Part shown: positions 1 to 9,978 of the stretch, piece by piece
Layout of the letters: each line of letters starts with the position of its first letter
Numbering within the stretch: the first letter of the stretch is position 1
Origin: Thermoplasmata archaeon
GTDB lineage: Archaea > Thermoplasmatota > Thermoplasmata > Thermoplasmatales > GCA-001856825
NCBI GenBank assembly: GCA_021792255.1
Contig: JAJYUZ010000003.1
Location: 160,001 to 224,000 of the forward strand
Direction of reading: 5' to 3'
DNA length: 64,000 nt
The notes under the pieces: model-generated
Database searches by the model: none
The model's input: only the letters and a program-made list of their open reading frames with translations
What the model was told of the DNA's origin: nothing
Made by a program: the position numbers and the translations under genes

Positions 1-1063
1 CCTCTCCGATCTTGACTTCCTCAACCCTCTCTGCGTTTCCAAGGTCTTTGGCGGTCAGGTCGTCCATGTTCGTGATAATTTCTCCATCGATGGCCTTTGC
101 GAGCTTTTCGATATCGCTCTTCTTCACTCTTCTCGCCGCATAAATTCCTTCCTTTGAGAGATATGCCATCGCTAGATCGTCAATTCCCTTCTGTGTAAGA
201 ACAACGTTTGCTCCAGTTGCCTTAATCTTTTCTACCATTCCACGAAGAATACTCTCTTCCTGTTTCTTGAATTTAGTAATAGATTCCGGGTCCTCGATCC
301 TTATCGAAGTGTCGAACTCCGGTTTCTTGATTTCGAGTGCTGTATTGAGCAGTGCTATCTTTGCCTTGTTGACCAAGACGGGCATTCCTGGATGGACTCT
401 CTCCTTGTCAACTATGACTCCCTGAATCAACCGAGTGTCGTCGACAGAACCTCCCTGCTTCTTTACCAGCTGGATGTCATCGAAATCGACAAAGCTCTTG
501 TCGCCCCTCTCTTGGGCAACCTGCAAAACGGACTTTACCGCTATATCAGCAAGCTTGGTCTTTGACGTTGAAGCTCCCTTGGAGTTAAGTGCAGTGTTGG
601 CAATCTTTAGAAGCACTTTCTCGTCCTTCCCTACTGGTGTGGAAATGTCGTTCAGAACTTCTTTCGCTTTCTCTGCAGCCATCCTATAACCGGACGCTAT
701 CACCGTCGGATGGACGTTCTGGTTAAGCAGATCTTCTGCCTTCCTCAGGAATTCTCCAGCAAGAATTGCGGCCGTTGTCGTACCATCTCCAACTTCCTGA
801 TCCTGTGTCTTGGAGACTTCGACCATCATCTTTGCTGCCGGGTGATCGATATCCATTTCCTTTAGAATTGTCACACCGTCGTTCGTAATAACGATATCAC
901 CGAGTGAATCGACAAGCATCTTGTCCATTCCTCTTGGACCCAGCGTTGTTTTTACAGCATCGGCAATCGCCTTTGCAGCACTGATATTGTTTTGCATTGC
1001 ATTCTTTCCAGATTCTCTCTTTGCTCCTTCTTTTAGAATAAATATTGGCTGTCCTGGCATCAT
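1..1063 (-). CDS. ths: Thermosome (group II chaperonin) subunit, 5' part; runs off the window's left edge
   Basis: Manual translation from ATG at 1063: [13 protein letters not shown]...[32 protein letters not shown]...GDGTTT; absent from the ORF track because no stop lies in the window. Confidence 0.97.
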   Translation of the reverse strand, partial: MMPGQPIFILKEGAKRESGKNAMQNNISAAKAIADAVKTTLGPRGMDKMLVDSLGDIVITNDGVTILKEMDIDHPAAKMMVEVSKTQDQEVGDGTTTAAILAGEFLRKAEDLLNQNVHPTVIASGYRMAAEKAKEVLNDISTPVGKDEKVLLKIANTALNSKGASTSKTKLADIAVKSVLQVAQERGDKSFVDFDDIQLVKKQGGSVDDTRLIQGVIVDKERVHPGMPVLVNKAKIALLNTALEIKKPEFDTSIRIEDPESITKFKKQEESILRGMVEKIKATGANVVLTQKGIDDLAMAYLSKEGIYAARRVKKSDIEKLAKAIDGEIITNMDDLTAKDLGNAERVEEVKIGE

Positions 1064-1099
1064 TTAACTGGACACCTCTGTTTCCGTATTTTATTCTTC

Positions 1100-1107
1100 T
1101 ATATAAA
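1100..1107 (-). promoter_or_regulatory. Probable TATA box of the thermosome gene
   Basis: TTTATATA on the minus strand ~36 nt upstream of the ATG; SD-like GAGGTG at 1073-1078. Confidence 0.6.
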
Positions 1108-1218
1108 TGTGTTTGAACGAAGAAATTCAACACATTCAGGAAACTTTGACACAGAGCCGTTTTCTCAGCGCTTTGCCCAATGGAAATCAAGATATATAGA
1201 ATAAAGATTAGCTGTAAC

Positions 1219-1291
1219 GCCACCGTGGCTCAGTCGGTAGAGCAGCTGATTCGTAATCAGCAGGTCGGGGGTCCGAATCCCTCCGGTGGCT
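1219..1291 (+). tRNA. tRNA-Thr(CGT)
   Basis: Cloverleaf: acceptor GCCACCG/CGGTGGC, anticodon arm GCTGA-TTCGTAA-TCAGC, T-arm GGGGG-TCCGAAT-CCCTC; TATA-like ATATATA at 1192-1198. Confidence 0.95.
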
Positions 1292-1321
1292 TGACCAATC
1301 GAGTTGAAGGGCTCTTTTTCG

Positions 1322-2482
1322 TTAGACCTTTTCTAGCGCGGATGAGATGTCTTCTAGGAGATCCTCTTTATCCTCTATCCCCACCGATAACCTTACAAGA
1401 TCGTCGGTCACTCCGACCTTTTCTCTCACTTCCCTTGGAATTCCTGAGTGGGTCATAAGGGAAGGCACTTCTATTAGCGACTCCACTCCACCTAGACTCT
1501 CTGCAAGTGATATATAGCGCAGATTCCCAACAAATCTCTTGACACCATCTAGATCTGAATTCAGTCTGAACGAAAGCATTCCACCATATCCTCTCATCTG
1601 CTTACGGGCAACTTCGTGATTCTCGTGATCTTTCAGTCCGGGATAGTAGATTTTTTTTACCTTCTTGCTGTCTTTTAAAAGCGATATCACTTCACCTGCA
1701 TTTTTTTCGTGTTCTTTCATCCTTATGGCAAGAGTCTTGATTCCCCTCATCGTCAGATAGCTATCGAACGGTGAAAGTACTGCACCTATTGCATTCTGGT
1801 TGTATTTCAACGTGTGGTAATGCTCATCGTTGTTCGTGATGAGTGCTCCTCCCAGAGAGTCGCTGTGTCCGTTAATGTACTTTGTTGTGCTGTGAACCAC
1901 AACATCTGCCCCTAGGTCTAACGGGTTCTGAAAATAAGGTGACGCAAACGTGTTGTCCACAACAGCCATTAGACCGTTCTTCTTCGCCTTCATAGACACC
2001 TCCCTTATGTCTACTATCCGCAGGAGCGGATTAGAGGGGGTTTCAAAGTATATCATCTTGGTCCTATCTGGGATCGAGTCCAGCGACGATGTATCCGTAA
2101 GGTCACGAAGCTCATAGGAGATTCCCGCATTCGAAAGTACCCTGCGCAGAAGTCTTTCCGTCCCACCATACAGGTCATCCGCTGCTATTATGTGATCACC
2201 GACCTTCAGGAGCGACAGAAACATTGTAGTTTCCGCGGCAAGGCCAGATGCAAACAGGAGCCCGTACTTACCATTCTCAATTGAAGCAATCTTCTTTTCC
2301 AGAGAAAGTCTGGTGGGATTACCTGTCCTCGTGTAGTCATATCCTTTAGTAGGCTCTAGAGGATCATTTCTTGCAAATGTAGTAGTGAGATGGATTGGAG
2401 AGACCACATCACCTGTCCCCCTGTCTTTGTCAGGTTCCTCTCCTACGTGAATTGACTTTGTTGAAAATCTCATAGAAACCAC
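1322..2482 (-). CDS. Cystathionine gamma-lyase/gamma-synthase (PLP, Cys/Met metabolism family)
   Basis: YTRTGNPT, ETPSNP, DNTFASP, HSTTKYINGHSD (PLP Lys), AESLGGVESL, LVRLSVGIED. Confidence 0.95.
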   Translation of the reverse strand: MVSMRFSTKSIHVGEEPDKDRGTGDVVSPIHLTTTFARNDPLEPTKGYDYTRTGNPTRLSLEKKIASIENGKYGLLFASGLAAETTMFLSLLKVGDHIIAADDLYGGTERLLRRVLSNAGISYELRDLTDTSSLDSIPDRTKMIYFETPSNPLLRIVDIREVSMKAKKNGLMAVVDNTFASPYFQNPLDLGADVVVHSTTKYINGHSDSLGGALITNNDEHYHTLKYNQNAIGAVLSPFDSYLTMRGIKTLAIRMKEHEKNAGEVISLLKDSKKVKKIYYPGLKDHENHEVARKQMRGYGGMLSFRLNSDLDGVKRFVGNLRYISLAESLGGVESLIEVPSLMTHSGIPREVREKVGVTDDLVRLSVGIEDKEDLLEDISSALEKV

Positions 2483-3444
2483 TAGATGAATCCGTTGTCC
2501 CTCATCCAGTTATCGTTGTAAATTTTGCTCAGATATCGATAACCCGAGTCGGGAAACAGGACCACAATGTTCATCCCGTCGAATTTCTCGGCAACCCTCA
2601 TTGCGGCCACCATCGCAGCCCCAGACGATCCTCCGGCAAAGATTCCCTCCTCTCTTGCAAGTTTCCTTGTCATTAGGAAACTCTCCCTGTCGTCTACCCG
2701 TATGATGTCATCAATGATGGAGAAATCCACTGCCTTCACGAGATAGTCTTCTCCTATGCCCTCCACTTTGTACACGTGGGGTTCCTGAAGCTTTCCCGTT
2801 TTGAAATAATCGTAGAATACGGAGCCCATCGGGTCGACGCCTATGATTTTCACTTTTGAGTTCTTCTCCTTGAGAAATTTCCCTACACCAGAAATGGTCC
2901 CTCCTGTACCTATTCCTGCTACGAACACGTCTATCTGGCCATCCATCTGCTCCCATATTTCGGGACCCGTTGATATATAGTGCGCCTCAATGTTGTCAAG
3001 ATTGTTGTACTGATCCGGATAGAATGCTCCCCTCTCTCTCGCCACCCTGCTTGCGACGCTGTAATAACTTTCTGGAGAGTCGTGGGTCACATCGGTTCTC
3101 GTGACTAGCACCTCGGAGCCATAAGCCTTCATAAGGTTGATTTTTTCTTCGCTCATCTTGTCAGGTATCGTGATCAAACACGAATATCCCTTCACTGCCG
3201 AGATCATGGCTAAAGATGCTCCGGTGTTGCCCGATGAGTTCTCTACAATACTGTCTCTGAACGAGCCTGATTTCCTAGCTTTCTCAAGAATGTGTTTTGC
3301 CATTCTGTCTTTGACGCTCCCGCCTGGATTGAAAAACTCCAGTTTCCCATAGAAGCTGTTGCGTTTGTCTACGACCTTGTTTATTCTAACGATAGGGGTG
3401 TTCCCAATTGTTTCGAGAATGGTATCATAAATTTTCATTTTCAA
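2482..3444 (-). CDS. Cystathionine beta-synthase / cysteine synthase family PLP enzyme
   Basis: KLEFFNPGGSVKDR, SSGNTG, GIGTGGT, VEGIG, PDSGYRYLSK; coupled to the gamma-lyase gene. Confidence 0.93.
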   Translation of the reverse strand: MKMKIYDTILETIGNTPIVRINKVVDKRNSFYGKLEFFNPGGSVKDRMAKHILEKARKSGSFRDSIVENSSGNTGASLAMISAVKGYSCLITIPDKMSEEKINLMKAYGSEVLVTRTDVTHDSPESYYSVASRVARERGAFYPDQYNNLDNIEAHYISTGPEIWEQMDGQIDVFVAGIGTGGTISGVGKFLKEKNSKVKIIGVDPMGSVFYDYFKTGKLQEPHVYKVEGIGEDYLVKAVDFSIIDDIIRVDDRESFLMTRKLAREEGIFAGGSSGAAMVAAMRVAEKFDGMNIVVLFPDSGYRYLSKIYNDNWMRDNGFI

Positions 3445-3694
3445 CTTCCTGTCAACAATCCAAATCTATCTTATAATTCCTCTGCGACCTCACTAAAGAA
3501 ATATGTGGCATCACCAATTTAATTCTAGGATGTATTAGTGTGCCTCCCGTTCTCGCATTTTTTCTCGAACCTGGTGCATTCCGTAAGTCCCCGAATGAAC
3601 CCCTCGCCCTCTAAAAGAACCGTGATTTTTGCACCTGACTGCTGGAGCCTTTTCAAAATCTATAATCTTCAGTTGCCTTTTGAAATGAAATTGG

Positions 3695-3715
3695 AAAAAA
3701 TAAAAAAAAAGGAAA
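3695..3715 (-). terminator. Oligo-U archaeal terminator after the sodium:solute symporter
   Basis: Minus strand TTTCCTTTTTTTTTATTTTTT a few nt after the stop at 3722. Confidence 0.6.
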
Positions 3716-3721
3716 GGTAGA

Positions 3722-5260
3722 CTACTTCTTGCCACCTGCTCCGGGGGCAGTCACTTTCTGAGGCCTAGCTACGCCCACAACCGCCGAACCTACCACTGTG
3801 ACTAATAAATTCACCACTAGCGCAATGAGCCCGACATACAAGAATCCGAGAGGTGTGTTGAATTTGAAGAAAGTAGTAGCTAGTGAAGTAAATTTGAACT
3901 GCACGAAGTTTGCATAGAGAAGCATTGTCAGTCCCGTTATCATTCCTGCTGCCCATCCCACTCCAACCGACCACTTTTCTAGTTTCTTAGTGTACAATGC
4001 AAGGAATATTGCTGGAAGGGTTTGCAGGACGATGATACCTCCGACCAACTGCAGCTGCAAAGAATACGTAGCCTGAATTAAAAAGATGAATGCCAGTGCG
4101 ATGAATTTGAACATTACCGAAAAGTACTTCGACATTCTTGCTTCTGTTTTTGCTGTCATTTTTGAATAATATGGCTTTATGACGTTCCTGGTCAGCAGAT
4201 TCGCCTGAGAAATGGCCATTATCGAAGCGGGTACAAGTCCACCGATGAATATTCCCAGGAATGCAAATCCCACAAACCATGGAGGGAAATATGCATAAAT
4301 CAGTGACGGAACTGCGGTAACGACGCCATACATATGAACTAGTGCTAGAGCTTTAGAGGAGCCATATACCAGTAAACCAAACAGTGCGAGCAGTGCCAGC
4401 CCCACTCCATAGATGGGTAGAAGGGCCGTGCTCATTCTCAGTTTCTTCGTGCTGCTAGTGCTGAGAACTCCGTTGATCGCGTGCGGATACAGGTACAGCG
4501 CGAGAGCACTCATTATAGATAGACTGACGAAACCATTAAGATACAGAGGAGCAAGGGTGGCACCACCTGTAGGAAGCTTTGGTAGAGAAGAAATGGCGTG
4601 ACCAAAACCACCTATGTAAATCGGGACGAGAACTATTACGACAATGACCGTGGTAAAAATGATGACATCCTTCATGACAGCTGTTACCACCGCTCCCCTG
4701 AGCCCGCTGGTAAAAGTGAAAGCTGCAAGTATTATGAACGCTATGATCAGAGATATTTCTGTCAAAGTAGCGGCATTGCTAGTCACTAACTGACCTATCA
4801 TTACAGTAAGTACTGCCTGCATACCGTAAATCTGAAGTGCAATGTACGGCAGCTCAGCGACTATTCCCGTCAGTGCGATGATAAGTGCAAGGGTTCTGCT
4901 GTTGAACTTGTCCCTTACCATGTCGACCGCTGTTACGTAGTTGTTAGTCTTTGCCATTTTCCATAGGCGAGGCATCGTGACCATTGCAACTCCAAACGTC
5001 ATTCCAACGTAAGGAACTGCATAGTAGAAGACCGCTCCCTTTAGGAATACCGACTCTGGGATAGCTATGAAAGTATAGGCGGTATAGAGGTCAGCGCCTA
5101 TCAAGAACCAGGCGAGATAACTACCAAGTCTGCGACCGGCTAATGCCCACTCTCCAAGATCGCTCAGGTCACCTTTCCTAAATCTGGAAGACCAGAATCC
5201 AAGGGCTACGAAAAGAACGAACAGACTTACGAATACTAAAACGACCTCAATGTTGTTCAT
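3722..5260 (-). CDS. Sodium:solute symporter family permease (monocarboxylate/MctP-like)
   Basis: About 13 hydrophobic segments; EWALAGRRLG, GADLYTAYTF, PYIALQ, SGLRG motifs. Confidence 0.9.
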   Translation of the reverse strand: MNNIEVVLVFVSLFVLFVALGFWSSRFRKGDLSDLGEWALAGRRLGSYLAWFLIGADLYTAYTFIAIPESVFLKGAVFYYAVPYVGMTFGVAMVTMPRLWKMAKTNNYVTAVDMVRDKFNSRTLALIIALTGIVAELPYIALQIYGMQAVLTVMIGQLVTSNAATLTEISLIIAFIILAAFTFTSGLRGAVVTAVMKDVIIFTTVIVVIVLVPIYIGGFGHAISSLPKLPTGGATLAPLYLNGFVSLSIMSALALYLYPHAINGVLSTSSTKKLRMSTALLPIYGVGLALLALFGLLVYGSSKALALVHMYGVVTAVPSLIYAYFPPWFVGFAFLGIFIGGLVPASIMAISQANLLTRNVIKPYYSKMTAKTEARMSKYFSVMFKFIALAFIFLIQATYSLQLQLVGGIIVLQTLPAIFLALYTKKLEKWSVGVGWAAGMITGLTMLLYANFVQFKFTSLATTFFKFNTPLGFLYVGLIALVVNLLVTVVGSAVVGVARPQKVTAPGAGGKK

Positions 5261-5514
5261 TTCTTTCCTGCCTCCATCTTATTCAGCATAAACGCAGCAC
5301 ACGTGTAGAAAGCAGCCGTAACAAAAAGCCAAAGGACCTCGAACCAGTAAAAGAACGTCAATCCGAACAGCCTCGGACCGGCCTGGTTGTAGAGTGGCGT
5401 CAGAGCAAAGACGACTATTGGGATAAGCAAAAGAAGCGCCACTACAGTTTTCTGTGCGGTTGTCCCTTTGACCTCAAGTGACAGTTCGTCAACACTTACT
5501 TCACTCGTTGTCAT
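5257..5514 (-). CDS. Small 2-TM partner of the symporter (DUF3311-like)
   Basis: PLYNQAGPRLFGLTFFYWF signature; ATGA overlap with the symporter; start taken at ATG 5514 (track starts at 5574). Confidence 0.8.
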   Translation of the reverse strand: MTTSEVSVDELSLEVKGTTAQKTVVALLLLIPIVVFALTPLYNQAGPRLFGLTFFYWFEVLWLFVTAAFYTCAAFMLNKMEAGKK

Positions 5515-5639
5515 TTTTAACCGATATGTGCTATGAAGATGGTCGTATTTATATTTGTTTGAATTTAGTGTCATTGTAACTGTTTAAGTGTTCTGCAAAC
5601 GTGGGTCAAGACTGATAAATTATTAATCTCGAGACTGAC

Positions 5640-7076
5640 TTGCGTGAAGTGGAGTACAAGTGGACGGTTCTTTCCAATACCACACTCGGTACTTTGATGG
5701 CTTCTCTCGATTCAAACATAGTACTGATATCTCTTCCTACAATTGCCAGAAGCCTTCCAGACACCACAATTCTTGATCTGCTCTGGATACTCATGGGGTA
5801 CACCCTGGTCACGGCTGCTGTACTGGTGAACTTCGGTAGACTCTCAGATATGTTTGGAAGAGTCAGACTGTACACAATCGGTTTTGCAGTGTTCACGGCT
5901 GGATCAGCTCTCTGCAGCTTATCACAGATTGGACCGGAACTGATCGCATTCAGACTGGTTCAGGGAGTTGGAGCAGCATTTCTTTTTTCAAACAGCGGGG
6001 CAATTATCACGGACGCTTTTCCGGAAAAAGAGAGGGGAGAAGCGCTGGGAATCAATCAAGTTGCGATAGTTGCTGGCTCTGTCTCCGGTCTCGTGCTCGG
6101 AGGGTTGCTCACGTATACTATCGGTTGGAGGTCCATATTCTATGTTAACATCCCCATAGGAATAATCGCGACTATCTGGGCTCACCACAACCTAAAGGAA
6201 CTCGCAGTCATAAAGAGAGGTCAGAAGATCGATATCGTTGGAAATGTTTCATTTGCAGGCGGCATAGGATTGATTCTCACTGGAATCACATTTTATGCGA
6301 CCGCATCTGCCGGTCTGAAAACGGTCATTGCAATGATCGTTGGCGGAATCATCATCTTCTTATCTTTCATAGCGTTTGAGCTGAGAACAGATCATCCCAT
6401 GTTCGATCTAAAATTGTTCAGAATTCGATTGTTTGCCGCTGGTAATTTTGCTATATTTCTTAATGCCTTGGCTAGAGGAGCAGTAACTTTTGTGCTGGTA
6501 TTTTATCTCCAGGGTCCCACAATGAAATTGAATCCTTTCGCTGCAGGTCTTTTCTTGGTTCCAACTTCAATTTCACTCTCTTTCTTTGGTCCGATAAGCG
6601 GCTGGTTTTCAGATAAGTACGGCGCCAGACTCATCTCGACTATTGGGCTAATCGTTTCGGCCATAGGATTCCTGTTTCTGACTCGTTTGGGACCGATCAC
6701 CACCTTCAACAGCCTTCTATTACCACTGGTCCTGGTAGGAAGCGGGATGGGCATCTTTGCTTCTCCAAATAGGGCATCTATAATGAATTCCTGTCCCTCT
6801 CCCGAAAGAGGGATTGCTTCAGGAATGAGTTCCACGCTAGTAAATGTCGGGAGCATATTCAGTATGGGAATGGCGTTCTATGTCATGTCGTTAGCAGTAC
6901 CAATGACAAGTCTTGCGGGCATTTTTCTCGGAACCTCACGTAGTGGAATTTCTGGCCCTTTGATACAATCATTCATCGGTTCTATCCATTCTCTCTTTTT
7001 CATATCAGCCGTAATTCTGGCCATAGCAATTGCACCATCCGTCCTGAGGGGAAAGAAGAGCCTGGTCTCTCAATGA
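5640..7076 (+). CDS. MFS transporter, DHA2 (14-TM) type
   Basis: LDSNIVLISLP, GRLSDMFGRVR motif A, FRLVQGVG, GWRSIFYVNIPIG. Confidence 0.92.
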   Translation: MREVEYKWTVLSNTTLGTLMASLDSNIVLISLPTIARSLPDTTILDLLWILMGYTLVTAAVLVNFGRLSDMFGRVRLYTIGFAVFTAGSALCSLSQIGPELIAFRLVQGVGAAFLFSNSGAIITDAFPEKERGEALGINQVAIVAGSVSGLVLGGLLTYTIGWRSIFYVNIPIGIIATIWAHHNLKELAVIKRGQKIDIVGNVSFAGGIGLILTGITFYATASAGLKTVIAMIVGGIIIFLSFIAFELRTDHPMFDLKLFRIRLFAAGNFAIFLNALARGAVTFVLVFYLQGPTMKLNPFAAGLFLVPTSISLSFFGPISGWFSDKYGARLISTIGLIVSAIGFLFLTRLGPITTFNSLLLPLVLVGSGMGIFASPNRASIMNSCPSPERGIASGMSSTLVNVGSIFSMGMAFYVMSLAVPMTSLAGIFLGTSRSGISGPLIQSFIGSIHSLFFISAVILAIAIAPSVLRGKKSLVSQ

Positions 7077-7155
7077 ACTGTCGAATAGAAACCCATTTGT
7101 TGATTCAAATTTAATCGTACCGAAAATTTTTAAAACTCTAATCAACTTTCAAGTA

Positions 7156-7998
7156 ATGCATCCCGATTATGCGAAGATTAAACTCCCTACTGGAGAGACT
7201 TTTTTCGACACAAAGAAGGAAGTCGATTCGCTGAATTTGCACACGGTGTGCGAGGAAGCAAGATGCCCCAATAAGGGAGAGTGCTGGAGTGATGGAACCG
7301 CGACCTTCATGGTCCTCGGTAAGAACTGCTCTAGGACATGCAGTTTCTGTTCAGTCACTCACGGTTTCGTTCAACCGCTAGATCCTCTAGAACCTCTCAA
7401 TGTTGCGACCGCCGTAAGGGAAATGGGGTTGAAGTACGTGGTGATAACTTCAGTCGATCGAGATGACCTTTCAGATCAGGGAGCGCATCATTTTGCAAAT
7501 GTCATAAGAGAAGTCAAGAAGACTGGAGCAAGCGTCGAAGTGCTAATCCCTGATTTCAGGGGAAACAAGGATTGCATTGACGAAATTTTGAACGAAACCC
7601 CCGTAGTGCTTGCCCACAACGTCGAGACGGTCAGAAGGCTCTCACCGACCGTAAGAGATCACCGTGCAAGTTACGACCAGTCTCTAGAAGTTCTCAGGCA
7701 CGCAGCATCCAAAGGCTTCGTTACGAAATCGTCAATAATGCTTGGACTCGGAGAAACTGACGAAGAAGTTACTGAAACAATGAGGGACCTGAGGAATGTT
7801 GCTGTCAGCCTCCTCACGATTGGTCAGTACCTCAGACCATCCAGGGTCCAGTTACCGGTTGTGGAGTACAGCAGACCAGGAAGATTTGAAAAATTGAAGG
7901 AAATTGGATACGAACTAGGTTTTCAGTACGTTGCTTCTGGACCCCTTGTCAGAACATCCTATAAGGCCGCAGAGGCGTGGACTATGCGGAGGCACTGA
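7156..7998 (+). CDS. lipA: Lipoyl synthase
   Basis: CEEARCPNKGEC and CSRTCSFC cluster motifs, IGQYLRPS, GPLVRTSY. Confidence 0.97.
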   Translation: MHPDYAKIKLPTGETFFDTKKEVDSLNLHTVCEEARCPNKGECWSDGTATFMVLGKNCSRTCSFCSVTHGFVQPLDPLEPLNVATAVREMGLKYVVITSVDRDDLSDQGAHHFANVIREVKKTGASVEVLIPDFRGNKDCIDEILNETPVVLAHNVETVRRLSPTVRDHRASYDQSLEVLRHAASKGFVTKSSIMLGLGETDEEVTETMRDLRNVAVSLLTIGQYLRPSRVQLPVVEYSRPGRFEKLKEIGYELGFQYVASGPLVRTSYKAAEAWTMRRH

Positions 7999-8000
7999 AT

Positions 8001-9017
8001 ATGGGTATTGTGGGAAATCTTTCAAACGAGCAGACAATTTCGGCCTATAAGACGGCTGTCCTCGCGCGTACTCTCGACATAAAGATAATAAATGCACAGA
8101 GGCAGGGAATCATAGGATTTCACGTCCCCAATCAGGGGCAAGAAATGATACAGATTGCTATCGGAATGCTTTCTGAAAAGGACGACTTTATTTTCAATTA
8201 CTATCGTGATTTGGCCCTTTTGCTTCAGAGAGGTGTACCCCTTTCGCTCATTTTCGATCAGATGCTGTCAAACAGCAACGATCTTCAGAAAGGGCGACAG
8301 ATGCCAGACCACTTCTCGTTCAAAGAGTTCAACTTTACTACTGTGCAGAGCCCAGTTGGAGCCCACCTCCCTCTGGCAGTGGGGGCTGCATATTCAATCA
8401 AGTACACCAAGAAGAAAGGAATCGTGATTGCTACATTCGGCGATGGCGCGACATCTACCTCGGATTTCCACGCTGCGCTGAACCTCGCCTCGGTCTACAA
8501 TCTGAGCGTACTCTTTGTTTGCGAGAACAATGGCTGGGCAATATCGCTTCCATCGAGCAAACAGACAAAAGCAGAGATCTACAAGAAGGGAGCCGCGTAC
8601 AATATTCCCGGTAAGAGAGTCGATGGAAACGATCTAATCTCATCCCTCTTGGGCCTTCAAGAAGCTCTAAACTATGTCAGGGATGGAAAAGGACCGTATC
8701 TCGTTGAGGCAACGACGTATAGGATAGGACCTCATTCCACATCAGACGATCCAAAAAAGTACAGGTCAGATGAGATAACAGATGGCAGCGAAAACGATCC
8801 GATCAGGAGACTGGAGAATCTGATGCTTAAAATGGGGGTAGTTGATCCCAGTTTCATTCAATCGGTCAAGGCGCAGGCTAAAGAAGAGATCGACAAGACC
8901 ATGGACGAAAGGATGACCATTCCTCCAGTGGACCCCTCCACAATGTTCGATGATGTCTACGAGTCGCCGTCCTGGATCCAGGAAGAAGAGAGGAGGGAAA
9001 TGAATGACTCAGATTAA
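8001..9017 (+). CDS. pdhA: 2-oxoacid (pyruvate/branched-chain) dehydrogenase E1 alpha
   Basis: GDGATS...NN TPP motif, TYRIGPHSTSDDP; start placed at ATG 8001 just after the lipA stop (track starts at 7977). Confidence 0.93.
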   Translation: MGIVGNLSNEQTISAYKTAVLARTLDIKIINAQRQGIIGFHVPNQGQEMIQIAIGMLSEKDDFIFNYYRDLALLLQRGVPLSLIFDQMLSNSNDLQKGRQMPDHFSFKEFNFTTVQSPVGAHLPLAVGAAYSIKYTKKKGIVIATFGDGATSTSDFHAALNLASVYNLSVLFVCENNGWAISLPSSKQTKAEIYKKGAAYNIPGKRVDGNDLISSLLGLQEALNYVRDGKGPYLVEATTYRIGPHSTSDDPKKYRSDEITDGSENDPIRRLENLMLKMGVVDPSFIQSVKAQAKEEIDKTMDERMTIPPVDPSTMFDDVYESPSWIQEEERREMNDSD

Positions 9018-9969
9018 CATGGTCCAGTCGTTAAATAAGTCCCTAGACCAGCTCATGGCAGAGGACGAGAGAGTGATAGTTCTCGGTGAGGACGTAGGAA
9101 GGGATGGAGGAGTGTTCAGAGTGACTGATACTCTTTTGAACAAGTACGGTGAAGAGAGGGTGATCGATACGCCGTTGAGTGAGCTGGGCATAATTGGGAT
9201 GGCTGCAGGAATGGCAATGCACGGATTGAAACCTATTGCAGAAATCCAGTTCCAGGATTTCATCTACCCTGCATTCGATCAGATAGTCAACAACATCTCA
9301 AAGATAAGATACAGAACCGGTGGCAGATACAGCATTCCTTTGGTCATCAGAACGCCCTATGGTGGCGGAGTCAGGGGCGGTCTGTACCACTCTCAGAGTG
9401 GAGAGTCATATTTCGTGCACACCGCCGGTCTTACCGTGATCACGCCCTCAAATCCTTACGATGCAAAGGGCCTCCTGGTATCGGCCTACAAGAGGAACGA
9501 TCCAGTAATTTTTCTAGAGCCAAAAAGACTATACAGATCTGTCAAGGCCGAGGTACCGGACGGACTTTTTGAAATCGAAATCGGAAAGGCAGCCAAGTTG
9601 AAGGAAGGGGACGAAGTATCGATCATCACATATGGTAGCATGGTTCCAACCGTGATGAATACCGTTGAGAAGAATGGGATAAACGCTGATGTAATAGATC
9701 TCCGGACGCTCCTGCCTATGGACATTGATGCCATAATTAAAACAGCCAAGAAGACTGGCAGGGTCATCACCGTTCACGAAGCCCCGAGAACCCTGGGAGT
9801 CGGAGCGGAGATATCGGCCCTAATTGCTGAGAGGGCACTTGATTCCCTTCTAGCTCCAATAGTGAGGGTCGCGGGATACGACATTCCTTTTTCGTATTCT
9901 CACGAAGACCTGAACATTCCCAGTGAGAAGAGAATAATGAGTGCCATTAATAGGGTTCTAGAGTATTGA
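9004..9969 (+). CDS. pdhB: 2-oxoacid dehydrogenase E1 beta
   Basis: GEDVGRDGGVFRVT, DTPLSE, EIQFQDF, HSQS, IDLRTL. Confidence 0.95.
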   Translation: MTQINMVQSLNKSLDQLMAEDERVIVLGEDVGRDGGVFRVTDTLLNKYGEERVIDTPLSELGIIGMAAGMAMHGLKPIAEIQFQDFIYPAFDQIVNNISKIRYRTGGRYSIPLVIRTPYGGGVRGGLYHSQSGESYFVHTAGLTVITPSNPYDAKGLLVSAYKRNDPVIFLEPKRLYRSVKAEVPDGLFEIEIGKAAKLKEGDEVSIITYGSMVPTVMNTVEKNGINADVIDLRTLLPMDIDAIIKTAKKTGRVITVHEAPRTLGVGAEISALIAERALDSLLAPIVRVAGYDIPFSYSHEDLNIPSEKRIMSAINRVLEY

Positions 9970-9978
9970 GGAGTTGAC

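Noticed and set aside
897-1458. Track ORFs 897-1223 (-) and 1180-1458 (+)
   Set aside because: They overlap the thermosome gene in another frame and tRNA-Thr; shadow ORFs.
3535-3735. Small ORFs 3535-3735 (-) and 3538-3720 (+)
   Set aside because: They run through the A/T terminator tract, have low-complexity translations and show no motifs.
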